Positions 28,444-45,720 of a stretch of 64,000 bases of DNA are shown one piece after another. The position numbers and the translations under genes are program-made. The DNA lies in assembly GCF_022846255.1 (NCBI RefSeq), contig NZ_AP025682.1, one strand, 5' to 3'. The DNA comes from Escherichia coli. Its GTDB lineage: Bacteria > Pseudomonadota > Gammaproteobacteria > Enterobacterales > Enterobacteriaceae. Under the pieces are notes generated by a model that was given only the letters and a program-made list of their open reading frames with translations, did not search any database and was not told where the DNA came from. Numbering within the stretch: position 1 is the stretch's first letter; the number at the start of each line of letters is the position of its first letter.

Positions 28444-28475
28444 GAAAGCCCGAATCAGTAATGATTCGGGCTTTC
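28444..28475 (-). terminator. hairpin downstream of tRNA-Asp (aspV)
   Basis: Perfect inverted repeat gaaagcccgaatc / gattcgggctttc immediately 3' of the tRNA on the minus strand, followed by a short T-run. Confidence 0.55.
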
Positions 28476-28482
28476 TGAATAT

Positions 28483-28559
28483 TGGCGGAACGGACGGGAC
28501 TCGAACCCGCGACCCCCTGCGTGACAGGCAGGTATTCTAACCGACTGAACTACCGCTCC
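28483..28559 (-). tRNA. aspV: tRNA-Asp (GUC)
   Basis: Reverse complement reads GGAGCGGTAGTTCAGTCGGTTAGAATACCTGCCTGTCACGCAGGGGGTCGCGGGTTCGAGTCCCGTCCGTTCCGCCA; adjacent to dnaQ as in E. coli. Confidence 0.92.
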
Positions 28560-28691
28560 GCGTTGTGTTCCGTTGGGAACGAGGCGAATATTACGGATTG
28601 CCTCACCCTTCGTCAACGGTTTTTCTCATCTTTTGAATCGTTTGCTGCAAAAATCGCCCAAGTCGCTAATTTTAGCGCCTTTTACAGGTAT

Positions 28692-29423
28692 TTATGCCCG
28701 CCAGAGGCAGCTTCCGCCCTTTTTCTGCACCAGATCGAGACGGGCTTCATGTGCTGCAAGCTCTTCATCTGTCGCAAAAACAACGCGTAACTTACTTGCC
28801 TGACGCACAATGCGCTGAATTGTTGTTTCACCTTGTTGCTGTTGTGTCTCTCCTTCCATCGCAAAAGCCATCGACGTTTGACCACCGGTCATCGCCAGAT
28901 AAACTTCCGCAAGGATCTGGGCATCGAGTAATGCCCCATGCAGCGTTCGTTTACTGTTATCTATTTCGTAGCGGGCACATAACGCATCGAGGCTGTTGCG
29001 TTTACCGGGAAACATTTTCCTCGCCACCGCAAGGCTATCGGTGACCTTACAGAAGGTATTGGTCTTCGGAATATCGCGCTTAAGCAACGAAAACTCGTAG
29101 TCCATAAAGCCGATATCGAACGTTGCGTTATGGATCACCAGCTCCGCGCCGCGGATATAGTCCATGAACTCATCGGCGACCTCGGCAAACGTGGGCTTAT
29201 CGAGCAAAAATTCATCGGCAATACCATGTACGCCAAAGGCTTCCGGATCCACCAGCCGATCGGGTTTGAGATAAACATGGAAGTTATTGCCCGTCAGGCG
29301 ACGGTTCACCACTTCAACGGCACCAATCTCAATGATCTTGTGGCCTTCATAGTGCGCACCAATCTGGTTCATACCGGTGGTTTCGGTATCGAGAACGATC
29401 TGGCGTGTAATTGCAGTGCTCAT
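28692..29423 (-). CDS. dnaQ: DNA polymerase III epsilon subunit (proofreading exonuclease)
   Basis: [19 protein letters not shown]... recognised as E. coli DnaQ; start taken at the fourth codon of the ORF. Confidence 0.93.
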   Translation of the reverse strand: MSTAITRQIVLDTETTGMNQIGAHYEGHKIIEIGAVEVVNRRLTGNNFHVYLKPDRLVDPEAFGVHGIADEFLLDKPTFAEVADEFMDYIRGAELVIHNATFDIGFMDYEFSLLKRDIPKTNTFCKVTDSLAVARKMFPGKRNSLDALCARYEIDNSKRTLHGALLDAQILAEVYLAMTGGQTSMAFAMEGETQQQQGETTIQRIVRQASKLRVVFATDEELAAHEARLDLVQKKGGSCLWRA

Positions 29424-29487
29424 AGCGGTCATTTATGTCAGACTTGTCGTTTTACAGTTCGATTCAATTACAGGAAGTCTACCAGAG

Positions 29488-29955
29488 ATGCTTAAACAGG
29501 TAGAAATTTTCACCGATGGTTCGTGTCTGGGTAATCCTGGACCTGGGGGTTACGGCGCTATTTTACGCTATCGCGGACACGAGAAAACCTTTAGCGCTGG
29601 CTACACCCGCACCACCAACAACCGTATGGAGTTGATGGCCGCTATTGTCGCGCTGGAGGCGTTAAAAGAACATTGCGAAGTCATTTTGAGTACCGACAGC
29701 CAGTATGTCCGCCAGGGTATCACCCAGTGGATCCATAACTGGAAAAAACGTGGCTGGAAAACAGCAGACAAAAAACCAGTAAAAAATGTCGATCTCTGGC
29801 AACGTCTTGATGCTGCGCTGGGGCAGCATCAAATCAAATGGGAATGGGTTAAAGGCCATGCCGGTCATCCAGAAAACGAACGTTGCGATGAACTGGCTCG
29901 TGCCGCAGCGATGAATCCCACACTGGAAGATACGGGCTATCAAGTCGAAGTTTAA
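29488..29955 (+). CDS. rnhA: ribonuclease HI
   Basis: [26 protein letters not shown]... is E. coli RNase HI; internal start within the longer track ORF; divergent from dnaQ. Confidence 0.93.
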   Translation: MLKQVEIFTDGSCLGNPGPGGYGAILRYRGHEKTFSAGYTRTTNNRMELMAAIVALEALKEHCEVILSTDSQYVRQGITQWIHNWKKRGWKTADKKPVKNVDLWQRLDAALGQHQIKWEWVKGHAGHPENERCDELARAAAMNPTLEDTGYQVEV

Positions 29956-30674
29956 GCCTGTGGTTTACGACATTGCCGGGTGGCTCCAACCGCCTGGCGA
30001 ATTCGTGGCTTGTTTTTACTCTGTTTCATCGGATTTAGCGTTAAAGGAATAGTCCGTTTCCGGGCGACAATAAGTTGTAAGCAACCAAGCGCAGGAATAT
30101 GCGCATTCAATAGTTTTCCACCGTGTTTGTTCCACGGGAGAACGTGGAAACGGCTGGCGTGTAGCACTTCAAAATTCAACAAAGAGAGCCAGTCCAGCTG
30201 CCGCATCAGAGTAAACATCCGGCTGTTATAGGGCGATGTTTTGCGCAATACCGGCACAAGTTTGCGTAATCCCATTAAACTGATGGGATTGAAGCCACTA
30301 ATCACCAGCCAACCATCATCAATCAGTACCCGATCGGCTTCACGCAATAAACGATGCGGATCAGTGCACCACGGCAATGTATGTGCCAGTAGACAAACAT
30401 CAACGGATTTATCGGCAAAAGGAAGATGAAGTGGGTCCGCCTGCACCTGGACGGGCATTCCTTGCGCAGAAACATTCACTTGATGAGAAACCGCGCACGC
30501 TTCGCAATTGATTTCTGCGCTTAAATTGCCAATCTTAAGCAGATGAAAACCATACATTTTAGTGAACCACGGGTTGAGCTGACGCTCCAGCGCCTTGCGA
30601 TAAAGCTCTCCCCAGGGCAAATCGCCCCAGCAATCAGGAGCCACGACAGTTTGAGGGACTCTTGCCGGTTTCAT
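29952..30674 (-). CDS. yafS: SAM-dependent methyltransferase YafS
   Basis: Translation matches E. coli YafS from [22 protein letters not shown]...; conserved synteny. Confidence 0.85.
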   Translation of the reverse strand: MKPARVPQTVVAPDCWGDLPWGELYRKALERQLNPWFTKMYGFHLLKIGNLSAEINCEACAVSHQVNVSAQGMPVQVQADPLHLPFADKSVDVCLLAHTLPWCTDPHRLLREADRVLIDDGWLVISGFNPISLMGLRKLVPVLRKTSPYNSRMFTLMRQLDWLSLLNFEVLHASRFHVLPWNKHGGKLLNAHIPALGCLQLIVARKRTIPLTLNPMKQSKNKPRIRQAVGATRQCRKPQA

Positions 30675-30704
30675 CACAACCTTCCGTTTCACACTGAGAG
30701 GTAA

Positions 30705-31463
<759 letters not shown>

Positions 31464-31534
31464 TAAAACTTTCTTGTCATCGGCTCCGTTCGCCGTTATG
31501 ATCGGTCGTCTTTTAAGCAACTATTGACACACAC

Positions 31535-32893
31535 ATGAAGGCAAAAGCGATATTACTCGCCTCTGTCCTGCTCGTGGGTTGCCAGAGCACCGGCAACGTT
31601 CAACAGCACGCACAGAGCCTTTCTGCAGCTGGTCAAGGGGAAGCAGCAAAGTTTACAAGTCAGGCACGATGGATGGACGATGGGACGTCTATCGCGCCAG
31701 ATGGTGACTTGTGGGCTTTCATTGGCGACGAGCTAAAGATGGGAATTCCGGAAAACGACCGGATTCGCGAACAGAAACAGAAATATTTACGCAATAAGAG
31801 CTATCTCCACGATGTAACTTTACGGGCAGAGCCGTATATGTACTGGATAGCCGGGCAAGTTAAAAAACGTAACATGCCTATGGAACTGGTACTACTACCC
31901 ATAGTGGAGAGCGCTTTTGATCCTCACGCAACGTCTGGCGCCAATGCCGCAGGCATCTGGCAGATCATTCCGAGCACGGGGCGCAATTATGGTTTGAAAC
32001 AGACCCGCAATTATGACGCGCGTCGCGATGTTGTTGCTTCAACAACTGCCGCGCTGAACATGATGCAGCGTCTGAACAAGATGTTTGACGGCGACTGGCT
32101 TCTGACCGTAGCGGCTTATAACAGCGGCGAAGGTCGGGTCATGAAGGCAATTAAAACGAACAAAGCGCGTGGGAAATCCACGGACTTCTGGTCGTTACCG
32201 TTGCCGCAGGAAACGAAGCAGTACGTGCCTAAAATGCTGGCATTGAGTGATATTCTCAAAAACAGCAAGCGTTATGGCGTACGTCTGCCAACGACCGATG
32301 AAAGCCGTGCTCTGGCGCGTGTGCACCTGAGCAGCCCGGTTGAAATGGCGAAGGTTGCAGATATGGCGGGGATTTCCGTCAGCAAGCTGAAGACATTCAA
32401 CGCAGGCGTAAAAGGCTCCACGCTGGGCGCGAGTGGTCCGCAGTACGTGATGGTGCCAAAGAAGCATGCAGATCAACTGCGTGAATCTCTGGCTTCAGGC
32501 GAAATTGCTGCTGTACAGTCGACGCTGGTTGCTGACAATACGCCGCTTAACAGCCGTGTTTACACCGTACGCTCTGGCGACACGCTTTCAAGTATCGCTT
32601 CACGTCTCGGCGTAAGCACCAAAGATTTGCAGCAGTGGAACAAACTGCGCGGATCTAAGCTGAAGCCAGGCCAAAGTTTGACGATTGGTGCAGACAGTAG
32701 CGCACAGCGACTGGCAAACAACAGCGATAGCATTACGTATCGTGTGCGCAAAGGCGATTCGCTTTCAAGCATTGCTAAACGCCACGGCGTGAACATCAAA
32801 GATGTAATGCGCTGGAACAGCGATACTGCGAATCTGCAACCAGGCGATAAGCTGACGTTGTTTGTGAAAAACAACAGCATGCCAGACTCCTGA
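31535..32893 (+). CDS. mltD: membrane-bound lytic murein transglycosylase D
   Basis: 452 aa; lipoprotein signal (LLVGC), SLT domain and C-terminal LysM repeats (YTVRSGDTLSSIA, YRVRKGDSLSSIA). Confidence 0.9.
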   Translation: MKAKAILLASVLLVGCQSTGNVQQHAQSLSAAGQGEAAKFTSQARWMDDGTSIAPDGDLWAFIGDELKMGIPENDRIREQKQKYLRNKSYLHDVTLRAEPYMYWIAGQVKKRNMPMELVLLPIVESAFDPHATSGANAAGIWQIIPSTGRNYGLKQTRNYDARRDVVASTTAALNMMQRLNKMFDGDWLLTVAAYNSGEGRVMKAIKTNKARGKSTDFWSLPLPQETKQYVPKMLALSDILKNSKRYGVRLPTTDESRALARVHLSSPVEMAKVADMAGISVSKLKTFNAGVKGSTLGASGPQYVMVPKKHADQLRESLASGEIAAVQSTLVADNTPLNSRVYTVRSGDTLSSIASRLGVSTKDLQQWNKLRGSKLKPGQSLTIGADSSAQRLANNSDSITYRVRKGDSLSSIAKRHGVNIKDVMRWNSDTANLQPGDKLTLFVKNNSMPDS

Positions 32894-32941
32894 CAAACCA
32901 GATAATAAAAAAGGCACCGATTCCCCCGGTGCCTTTTTTAT

Positions 32942-33712
32942 TTATGCCGCTTTATGTGCTTCTAGCATGATGATATCACTGGTGAAAGAGCCATCATTCT
33001 GCAAGGCAAAATACGTTTTCACCTCTGTCGATGCGCTCTGTTGGTAAATGCGAATAGCGTCTACTAACGCTTCTGGCGTACGCATTCTCGCTACCCATGA
33101 AGAAAATTCCAGCGGTAACTTATCTGTAATTAAATTATCAACTATCAGATTGGCTTCATTGATTAACTTCAACCACTCACCGCTGGCGTAGTTTCGTACG
33201 TGAGAGGTATCGCGTAATGCTTCTACCGTCTGTAACCAGATGTCGCGCACTGGATGACCCGGAGACATTACGTCCATCACAATCAGCCTACCGCCGGGTT
33301 CCAATACCCGATTCACTTCACGCAGTGCTGCACCAACATCATGCCAGTGATGGGCAGAATAACGGCTGATAACAATATCAAATGCGTTATCGGCAAATGG
33401 CAGACTTTCGGCATAACCCTGGCGGGTGGTGATATTTTTCAGTTGCCGGGCTTCGGCAGCTTGTGCCACGACATCCAGCATTTGGGCAGATAAGTCATAC
33501 GCCACCACCGCGCTCACGTTCTGCGCAGCGACAAAGCTGGCATGCCCTGCTCCGCAGCCCATATCAAGTACACTTGCATCAGGATAATCAGCCAGACGCA
33601 CCGCCAGGCGCTGTAAATCTCGCCCGGATGCATGTACGGTACTGGTTAAATACTCACTGGCCTGCGAGCTAAACTGCTTTTCTACGTGGTCATGGTGGGA
33701 TTGTGTTGTCAT
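32942..33712 (-). CDS. yafE: SAM-dependent methyltransferase YafE
   Basis: Methyltransferase motif VLDMGCGAGH; synteny. True start may be internal to the track ORF. Confidence 0.8.
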   Translation of the reverse strand: MTTQSHHDHVEKQFSSQASEYLTSTVHASGRDLQRLAVRLADYPDASVLDMGCGAGHASFVAAQNVSAVVAYDLSAQMLDVVAQAAEARQLKNITTRQGYAESLPFADNAFDIVISRYSAHHWHDVGAALREVNRVLEPGGRLIVMDVMSPGHPVRDIWLQTVEALRDTSHVRNYASGEWLKLINEANLIVDNLITDKLPLEFSSWVARMRTPEALVDAIRIYQQSASTEVKTYFALQNDGSFTSDIIMLEAHKAA

Positions 33713-33788
33713 TGCGCTGTCCTTTTATTGTTTGATTAAAAAGGGCAGCGCCAAACGTTGGTCTGCCCTGTGGCAGACCTGACATACC

Positions 33789-34640
<852 letters not shown>

Positions 34641-34829
34641 CTACTGTTATAGGGATTTTAGCTCACTCTTTCAACGAGCAATTGTATATTGCTATGTAAG
34701 CAAGTGCTTACACCGGTCAGAAATTTGCTCATTATTGAGAACATTAAATCGGATGACATATCTCGCATCCTGATGGTTTAATGACAATTAAATTCAAAAT
34801 ATCTCTTCTATTTTGCAACAGGAGCAAAA

Positions 34830-35744
34830 ATGAAAGCCACGTCGGAAGAACTCGCCATTTTTGTTTCAGTCGTCGAAAGCGGCAGCTTTAGCCGGGCAGC
34901 GGAACAATTAGGGCAAGCAAACTCAGCGGTAAGCCGGGCGGTGAAAAAGCTGGAGATGAAACTTGGCGTTAGCCTGCTTAATCGGACCACGCGGCAACTT
35001 AGCCTGACGGAAGAAGGCGAGCGTTATTTTCGTCGCGTACAGTCAATTTTGCAGGAGATGGCAGCGGCAGAATCAGAAATTATGGAGACGCGTAATACAC
35101 CGCGTGGACTGTTACGGATCGATGCCGCAACTCCAGTGGTGCTGCACTTTCTGATGCCGTTGATTAAGCCTTTTCGTGAACGCTATCCGGAAGTCACTTT
35201 ATCGCTAGTCTCCTCCGAAACGATTATTAATTTGATCGAAAGAAAAGTGGATGTCGCGATACGCGCCGGTACGTTAACGGATTCCAGCTTACGTGCCAGG
35301 CCGTTATTTAACAGTTATCGAAAAATTATCGCCTCCCCCGATTATATTTCCCGCTACGGGAAGCCAGAAACGATCGACGATTTAAAGCAACATATTTGCC
35401 TGGGATTCACTGAACCCGCTTCCCTCAATACCTGGCCGATAGCCTGTAGCGATGGACAATTACATGAGGTGAAGTACGGTTTGTCATCCAATAGTGGGGA
35501 AACACTGAAACAGCTTTGCCTGAGTGGCAACGGGATTGCGTGTTTGTCCGACTACATGATCGACAGAGAAATCGCTCGCGGAGAATTGGTGGAGTTAATG
35601 GCAGATAAAGTATTGCCAGTGGAAATGCCATTCAGTGCCGTATATTACAGCGACCGTGCGGTAAGTACACGCATCCGGGCTTTTATCGATTTCCTTAGCG
35701 AGCATGTAAAAACAGCTCCCGGAGGAGCTGTCAGAGAGGCTTAA
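34830..35744 (+). CDS. yafC: LysR-family transcriptional regulator YafC
   Basis: N-terminal HTH ([23 protein letters not shown]), LysR substrate-binding region; synteny. Confidence 0.88.
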   Translation: MKATSEELAIFVSVVESGSFSRAAEQLGQANSAVSRAVKKLEMKLGVSLLNRTTRQLSLTEEGERYFRRVQSILQEMAAAESEIMETRNTPRGLLRIDAATPVVLHFLMPLIKPFRERYPEVTLSLVSSETIINLIERKVDVAIRAGTLTDSSLRARPLFNSYRKIIASPDYISRYGKPETIDDLKQHICLGFTEPASLNTWPIACSDGQLHEVKYGLSSNSGETLKQLCLSGNGIACLSDYMIDREIARGELVELMADKVLPVEMPFSAVYYSDRAVSTRIRAFIDFLSEHVKTAPGGAVREA

Positions 35745-36544
35745 TCCCATTCAGGAGCCAGACCTTCCGGGCTAACCAGGCGGTCGTTGCAATCCAGTGC
35801 GGCGATCGCTTTTTTATCTTCGGCATCAAGCTGTAAATTTTGTGCCTTAAGATTACTTTCCAGGTTTTTACGTTTAGTAGAAGAAGGAATTACGGAGTAA
35901 CCTTCCCCCATAGCCCACGCCAGAATCACTTGTGCCGGAGTCGCATTGTGTTTAGCTGCGATACGAGCAATAACCTCATCTTTCAGGGCCTTACCATACG
36001 CCAGCGTCATATAGGAAGTAATATGGATGCCGTGCTGTTTAGCCCAGGCGACCACTTTACGGTTTTGCAGATAAGGTGAGAGTTCAATCTGGTTAGTAGC
36101 GATGTTTTCAGCGCCAACAGCAGCAATCGCCTTTTCCATCAATGGGATCGTGAAGTTGGAAATACCGATCTCACGCGTCAGCCCTTGTTTTTTGGCTTCC
36201 AGCAGCGCCTGCATAAACTCTTCAACAGAGACTTCATCGTTTGGTGACGGCCAGTGGATTAGCGTCAGATCAACATAATCGATACGCAATTTTTGCAGGC
36301 TCTCTTTCAGACTCGGGATCAATTTGTCTTTGCTGAGATTTTCAATCCAGATTTTAGTGGTGATGTAGAGTTCATGACGTGGCACGCCACTTTCTGCAAT
36401 CGCCTGACCTACTGCGGCTTCGTTATCATAGATTTGTGCGGTATCAATTGCGCGATAACCAAGTTCTAGCGCCGTTTTCACAGATGAAATAACAACGTCG
36501 TCTTTCAGACGGAAAGTACCTAAACCAAATGCAGGGATAGCCAT
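35741..36544 (-). CDS. dkgB: 2,5-diketo-D-gluconate reductase B (aldo-keto reductase)
   Basis: 267 aa AKR-family sequence [16 protein letters not shown]...; immediately downstream of rrnH aspU as in E. coli. Confidence 0.9.
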   Translation of the reverse strand: MAIPAFGLGTFRLKDDVVISSVKTALELGYRAIDTAQIYDNEAAVGQAIAESGVPRHELYITTKIWIENLSKDKLIPSLKESLQKLRIDYVDLTLIHWPSPNDEVSVEEFMQALLEAKKQGLTREIGISNFTIPLMEKAIAAVGAENIATNQIELSPYLQNRKVVAWAKQHGIHITSYMTLAYGKALKDEVIARIAAKHNATPAQVILAWAMGEGYSVIPSSTKRKNLESNLKAQNLQLDAEDKKAIAALDCNDRLVSPEGLAPEWD

Positions 36545-36665
36545 AATATGCCTCTTTTAATGCTATTTTCGTTAACTGAAGTGATTATGGGCTTTAGAAT
36601 GTTGCGGAAAAAGGGCGTAAAACGCAGAGGATTTTTGCGATTTAAGCAATAATAGAAATATAGAC

Positions 36666-36697
36666 GAAAAAAAACCTCGAGCGTTAACTCGAGGCTT
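36666..36697 (-). terminator. rho-independent terminator of the rrnH operon (after aspU)
   Basis: Inverted repeat cctcgag / ctcgagg with loop cgttaa, followed on the transcribed strand by a T-tract (plus-strand run aaaaaaaa). Confidence 0.75.
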
Positions 36698-36706
36698 CTT
36701 AATAAG

Positions 36707-36783
36707 TGGCGGAACGGACGGGACTCGAACCCGCGACCCCCTGCGTGACAGGCAGGTATTCTAACCGACTGAACTACCGCTCC
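36707..36783 (-). tRNA. aspU: tRNA-Asp (GUC), distal tRNA of rrnH
   Basis: Sequence identical to the aspV copy at 28483-28559. Confidence 0.92.
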
Positions 36784-36835
36784 ACCGAATTCTTTTACAA
36801 CCACCGGTTTTATGACCGGCTTACTGCTTAATTTG

Positions 36836-36955
36836 ATGCCTGGCAGTTCCCTACTCTCGCATGGGGAGACCCCACACTACCATCGGCGCTACGGCGTTTC
36901 ACTTCTGAGTTCGGCATGGGGTCAGGTGGGACCACCGCGCTACGGCCGCCAGGCA
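36836..36955 (-). rRNA. rrfH: 5S ribosomal RNA
   Basis: 120 nt; reverse complement begins TGCCTGGCGGCCGTAGCGCGGTGGTCCCACCTGACCCCATGCCGAACTC (E. coli 5S). Confidence 0.95.
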
Positions 36956-37054
36956 AATTCTGTTTTATCAACACGTCTCGTTATGACCTGTCGATTTAAT
37001 CTGTATCAGGCTGAAAATCTTCTCTCTATCCGCCAAAACATCTTCGGCGTTGTA

Positions 37055-39957
<2,903 letters not shown>

Positions 39958-40140
39958 TCACAACCCGAAGATGTTTCTTGCGATCCATCATCGTGTTGCG
40001 AAAATTTGAGAGACTCACGAACAACTTTCATTGTTCAGTGTTTCAATTTTCAGCTTGATCCAGATTTTTAAAGAGCAAAACTTCGCAGTGAACCTTTGCA
40101 GGTACACTCTGAAGTATTTTTTATTTAATCACTACAGAGA

Positions 40141-40216
40141 TGGTGGAGCTATGCGGGATCGAACCGCAGACCTCCTGCGTGCAAAGCAGGCGCTCTCCCA
40201 GCTGAGCTATAGCCCC
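40141..40216 (-). tRNA. alaV: tRNA-Ala (UGC), spacer tRNA
   Basis: Reverse complement reads GGGGCTATAGCTCAGCTGGGAGAGCGCCTGCTTTGCACGCAGGAGGTCTGCGGTTCGATCCCGCATAGCTCCACCA. Confidence 0.92.
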
Positions 40217-40258
40217 ATAACATGTAGTTAAAACCTCTTCAAATTTGCGGTGCAAATT

Positions 40259-40335
<77 letters not shown>

Positions 40336-40403
40336 GTAGAGGTTTTACTGCTCATTTTCATCAGACAATCTGTGTGAGCACTTCAAAGAACGCTTCTTTA
40401 AGG

Positions 40404-41945
<1,542 letters not shown>

Positions 41946-42076
41946 AAAAGTTTGATGCTCAAAGAATTAAACTTCGTAATGAATTACGTGTTCACTCTTG
42001 AGACTTGGTATTCATTTTTCGTCTTGCGACGTTAAGAATCCGTATCTTCGAGTGCCCACACAGATTGTCTGATAAA

Positions 42077-42089
42077 TTGTTAAAGAGCA
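42077..42089 (-). promoter_or_regulatory. boxA antitermination element in the rrn leader
   Basis: Reverse complement is TGCTCTTTAACAA, the canonical rrn boxA. Confidence 0.8.
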
Positions 42090-42129
42090 GTTGCGACGCG
42101 GCTTTCAGCTCACTGTCGCGAGGTGGCGT

Positions 42130-42157
42130 ATATTACGCTTTCCTCTTTCAGAGTCAA
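42130..42157 (-). promoter_or_regulatory. rrnH P2 promoter (-35 TTGACT, -10 TAATAT, 16-bp spacer)
   Basis: Hexamers read directly on the reverse complement, about 110 bp downstream of P1 as in rrn operons. Confidence 0.7.
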
Positions 42158-42239
42158 TCCTGAATTTCAGGATTTTTCTCTTCAACCGAACCGGCTGTTT
42201 GTGTGAAGTGATTCACATCCGCCGTGTCGATGGAGGCGC

Positions 42240-42290
42240 ATTATAGGGAGTCGGCTCAGGAAGACAAGCGAAAAAATGCATTTTTATTTC
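42240..42290 (-). promoter_or_regulatory. rrnH P1 promoter with upstream AT-rich UP element (-35 TTGTCT, -10 TATAAT)
   Basis: Reverse complement reads GAAATAAAAATGCATTTTTTCGCTTGTCTTCCTGAGCCGACTCCCTATAATGCGCCTCC, closely resembling rrnB P1. Confidence 0.75.
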
Positions 42291-42310
42291 AACTGCTCAT
42301 CTTTTAATCA

Positions 42311-42883
42311 TTACGCCAGTTTTTGCTGCTTTTTTATCGCTTGCGGCAGGTCTGCCAGGCTATTTAACACCCAATCCGCCGCGTTTTCTGCTTCAGGCGT
42401 AACAGGTTTACCCGTACGCACCAGCACTTTTGTTCCCACGTTCGCCGCAGCCGCTGCCTGCATATCTTCTAATTTATCGCCCACCATATAAGAAGCGGCC
42501 ATATCAATATGCAAATAATCCCGTGCTGACAAAAACATCCCCGGATGTGGTTTGCGGCAGTCGCAGACCTGGCGAAACTCTTCAACACTACCCTGCGGAT
42601 GATGCGGGCAATAATAGATACCATCCAGATCGACATCGCGGTCCGCCAGCGACCAGTCCATCCACTCGGTCAGCGTTTCAAACTGTGCTTCAGTAAATTT
42701 ACCGCGAGCAATGCCAGACTGGTTGGTTACTACCACCAGCGCAAAGCCCATTTTTTTTAGCTCGCGCATGGCGTCAATAACACCGTCGATAAATTCAAAG
42801 TTGTCGATCTCATGGACATAGCCGTGATCGACATTAATGGTGCCATCACGGTCAAGAAAAATTGCGGGTACGCTCTTCGCCAC
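42311..42883 (-). CDS. gmhB: D-glycero-beta-D-manno-heptose-1,7-bisphosphate 7-phosphatase
   Basis: 190 aa HAD-family protein with DRDGTIN motif; divergent from metN as in E. coli. Confidence 0.9.
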   Translation of the reverse strand: MAKSVPAIFLDRDGTINVDHGYVHEIDNFEFIDGVIDAMRELKKMGFALVVVTNQSGIARGKFTEAQFETLTEWMDWSLADRDVDLDGIYYCPHHPQGSVEEFRQVCDCRKPHPGMFLSARDYLHIDMAASYMVGDKLEDMQAAAAANVGTKVLVRTGKPVTPEAENAADWVLNSLADLPQAIKKQQKLA

Positions 42884-42964
42884 CTTTTATAGCTCCTTAA
42901 TAAGGCATGTGACGCTAGTATCGCATGTTTCGACCTGCAAGAAAGTGCTCTTCGCATAAACCTG

Positions 42965-42988
42965 ATTGATTTAGACGTCTGGATGCCT
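42965..42988. promoter_or_regulatory. candidate MetJ operator (met boxes) upstream of metN
   Basis: Perfect AGACGTCT octamer at 42973-42980 flanked by degenerate octamers; metNIQ is a known MetJ target. Confidence 0.5.
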
Positions 42989-43070
42989 TAACATCCATTT
43001 CATTGACGGCGTTGCCCGTTCCAGGCATTCGAAATGCCACGACTAACTTAATGACGATAATAAATAATCA

Positions 43071-44102
43071 ATGATAAAACTTTCGAATATCACCAAAGTG
43101 TTCCACCAGGGCACCCGCACCATCCAGGCGTTGAACAACGTCAGCCTGCATGTGCCAGCTGGACAAATTTATGGCGTTATCGGTGCCTCAGGCGCGGGTA
43201 AGAGTACGCTTATACGTTGTGTAAACCTGCTGGAGCGCCCAACCGAGGGTAGCGTGCTGGTCGATGGCCAGGAACTGACCACGCTGTCAGAATCCGAGTT
43301 GACCAAAGCTCGTCGCCAGATTGGTATGATTTTCCAGCATTTTAACCTGCTCTCTTCGCGTACTGTTTTTGGCAACGTGGCTCTGCCGCTGGAGCTGGAC
43401 AACACACCGAAAGACGAGATCAAACGTCGCGTGACGGAATTGCTGTCATTGGTTGGTCTTGGCGATAAGCATGATAGCTACCCGTCGAATCTTTCCGGTG
43501 GGCAGAAACAACGTGTGGCGATTGCCCGTGCATTAGCCAGCAATCCCAAAGTATTGCTGTGTGATGAAGCCACCAGCGCGCTGGACCCGGCAACGACACG
43601 TTCTATTCTCGAACTGCTTAAAGACATCAACCGCCGTCTGGGTTTGACGATTCTGTTGATCACCCACGAAATGGACGTTGTGAAGCGCATTTGTGATTGC
43701 GTGGCGGTTATCAGTAATGGCGAACTGATCGAGCAGGACACGGTAAGTGAAGTGTTCTCGCATCCGAAAACGCCGCTGGCGCAGAAGTTTATTCAGTCGA
43801 CCCTGCATCTGGATATCCCGGAAGATTATCAGGAGCGTCTGCAAGCGGAACCATTCACTGACTGCGTGCCGATGCTGCGTCTGGAGTTTACCGGTCAATC
43901 GGTCGATGCCCCACTGCTTTCTGAAACCGCGCGTCGTTTCAACGTCAACAACAACATTATTAGCGCGCAGATGGATTACGCCGGTGGCGTTAAGTTCGGC
44001 ATCATGCTGACTGAAATGCACGGCACACAACAAGATACGCAAGCCGCCATTGCCTGGCTGCAGGAACACCATGTAAAAGTAGAGGTACTGGGTTATGTCT
44101 GA
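43071..44102 (+). CDS. metN: methionine ABC transporter ATP-binding protein
   Basis: 343 aa; Walker [13 protein letters not shown] signature LSGGQKQR. Confidence 0.93.
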
Positions 44103-44748
44103 GCCGATGATGTGGCTGCTGGTTCGTGGCGTATGGGAAACACTGGCAATGACCTTCGTATCCGGTTTTTTTGGCTTTGTGATTGGTCTGCCGGTTGGCG
44201 TTCTGCTTTATGTCACGCGTCCGGGGCAAATTATTGCTAACGCGAAGTTGTATCGTACCATTTCTGCGATTGTGAACATTTTCCGTTCCATCCCGTTCAT
44301 TATCTTGCTGGTATGGATGATTCCGTTTACCCGCGTTATTGTCGGTACATCGATTGGATTGCAGGCAGCGATTGTTCCGTTAACCGTTGGTGCAGCACCG
44401 TTTATTGCCCGTATGGTCGAGAACGCTCTTCTGGAGATCCCAACCGGGTTAATTGAAGCTTCCCGCGCAATGGGTGCCACGCCAATGCAGATCGTCCGTA
44501 AAGTGCTGTTACCGGAAGCGTTGCCGGGTCTGGTGAATGCGGCAACTATTACCCTGATTACCCTGGTTGGTTATTCCGCGATGGGTGGTGCAGTCGGTGC
44601 CGGTGGTTTAGGTCAGATTGGCTATCAGTATGGCTACATCGGCTACAACGCGACGGTGATGAATACGGTACTGGTATTGCTGGTCATTCTGGTTTATTTA
44701 ATTCAGTTCGCAGGCGACCGCATCGTCCGGGCTGTCACTCGCAAGTAA
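44095..44748 (+). CDS. metI: methionine ABC transporter permease
   Basis: 217 aa polytopic membrane protein; 8-nt overlap with metN. Confidence 0.93.
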
Positions 44749-44787
44749 CGTTCAACACAACATAAATAATTGAAGAAGGAATAAGGT

Positions 44788-45603
44788 ATGGCGTTCAAAT
44801 TCAAAACCTTTGCGGCAGTGGGAGCCCTGATTGGATCACTGGCACTGGTAGGCTGCGGTCAGGATGAAAAAGATCCAAACCACATTAAAGTCGGCGTGAT
44901 TGTTGGTGCCGAACAGCAGGTTGCAGAAGTCGCGCAGAAAGTTGCGAAAGACAAATATGGCCTGGACGTTGAGCTGGTAACCTTCAACGACTATGTTCTG
45001 CCAAACGAAGCATTGAGCAAAGGCGATATCGACGCCAACGCCTTCCAGCATAAACCGTACCTTGATCAGCAACTGAAAGATCGTGGCTACAAACTGGTCG
45101 CAGTAGGCAACACATTTGTTTATCCGATTGCTGGTTACTCCAAGAAAATCAAATCACTGGATGAACTGCAGGATGGTTCGCAGGTTGCCGTGCCAAACGA
45201 CCCAACTAACCTTGGTCGTTCACTGCTGCTGCTGCAAAAAGTGGGCTTGATCAAACTGAAAGATGGCGTTGGCCTGCTGCCGACCGTTCTTGATGTTGTT
45301 GAGAACCCAAAAAATCTGAAAATTGTTGAACTGGAAGCACCGCAGCTGCCGCGCTCTCTGGACGACGCGCAAATCGCTCTGGCAGTTATCAATACCACCT
45401 ATGCCAGCCAGATTGGCCTGACTCCAGCGAAAGACGGTATCTTTGTCGAAGATAAAGAGTCCCCGTACGTAAACCTGATCGTAACGCGTGAAGACAACAA
45501 AGACGCCGAAAACGTGAAGAAATTCGTTCAGGCTTATCAGTCTGACGAAGTTTACGAAGCAGCAAACAAAGTGTTTAACGGCGGCGCTGTTAAAGGCTGG
45601 TAA
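44788..45603 (+). CDS. metQ: methionine-binding lipoprotein
   Basis: 271 aa; lipobox LVGC; NlpA-family. Confidence 0.93.
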   Translation: MAFKFKTFAAVGALIGSLALVGCGQDEKDPNHIKVGVIVGAEQQVAEVAQKVAKDKYGLDVELVTFNDYVLPNEALSKGDIDANAFQHKPYLDQQLKDRGYKLVAVGNTFVYPIAGYSKKIKSLDELQDGSQVAVPNDPTNLGRSLLLLQKVGLIKLKDGVGLLPTVLDVVENPKNLKIVELEAPQLPRSLDDAQIALAVINTTYASQIGLTPAKDGIFVEDKESPYVNLIVTREDNKDAENVKKFVQAYQSDEVYEAANKVFNGGAVKGW

Positions 45604-45720
45604 TATTTAGGCTGTTTCCACAATTTGTAATATCATTCAGGACGGGCGCTTGCCCGTCTTGTCATTTTTACAAGCGCCTGATTCAATATTGACGTTTTGA
45701 TCATACATTGAGGAAATACT

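Noticed and set aside
28482-28803. ORFs 28482-28790 and 28573-28803 on the plus strand
   Set aside because: They overlap the aspV tRNA and the dnaQ 3' end in antisense, with no RBS; spurious.
36520-36804. 94-aa minus-strand ORF spanning the dkgB upstream region
   Set aside because: It overlaps the aspU tRNA and the rrnH terminator hairpin; it is a translation artefact.
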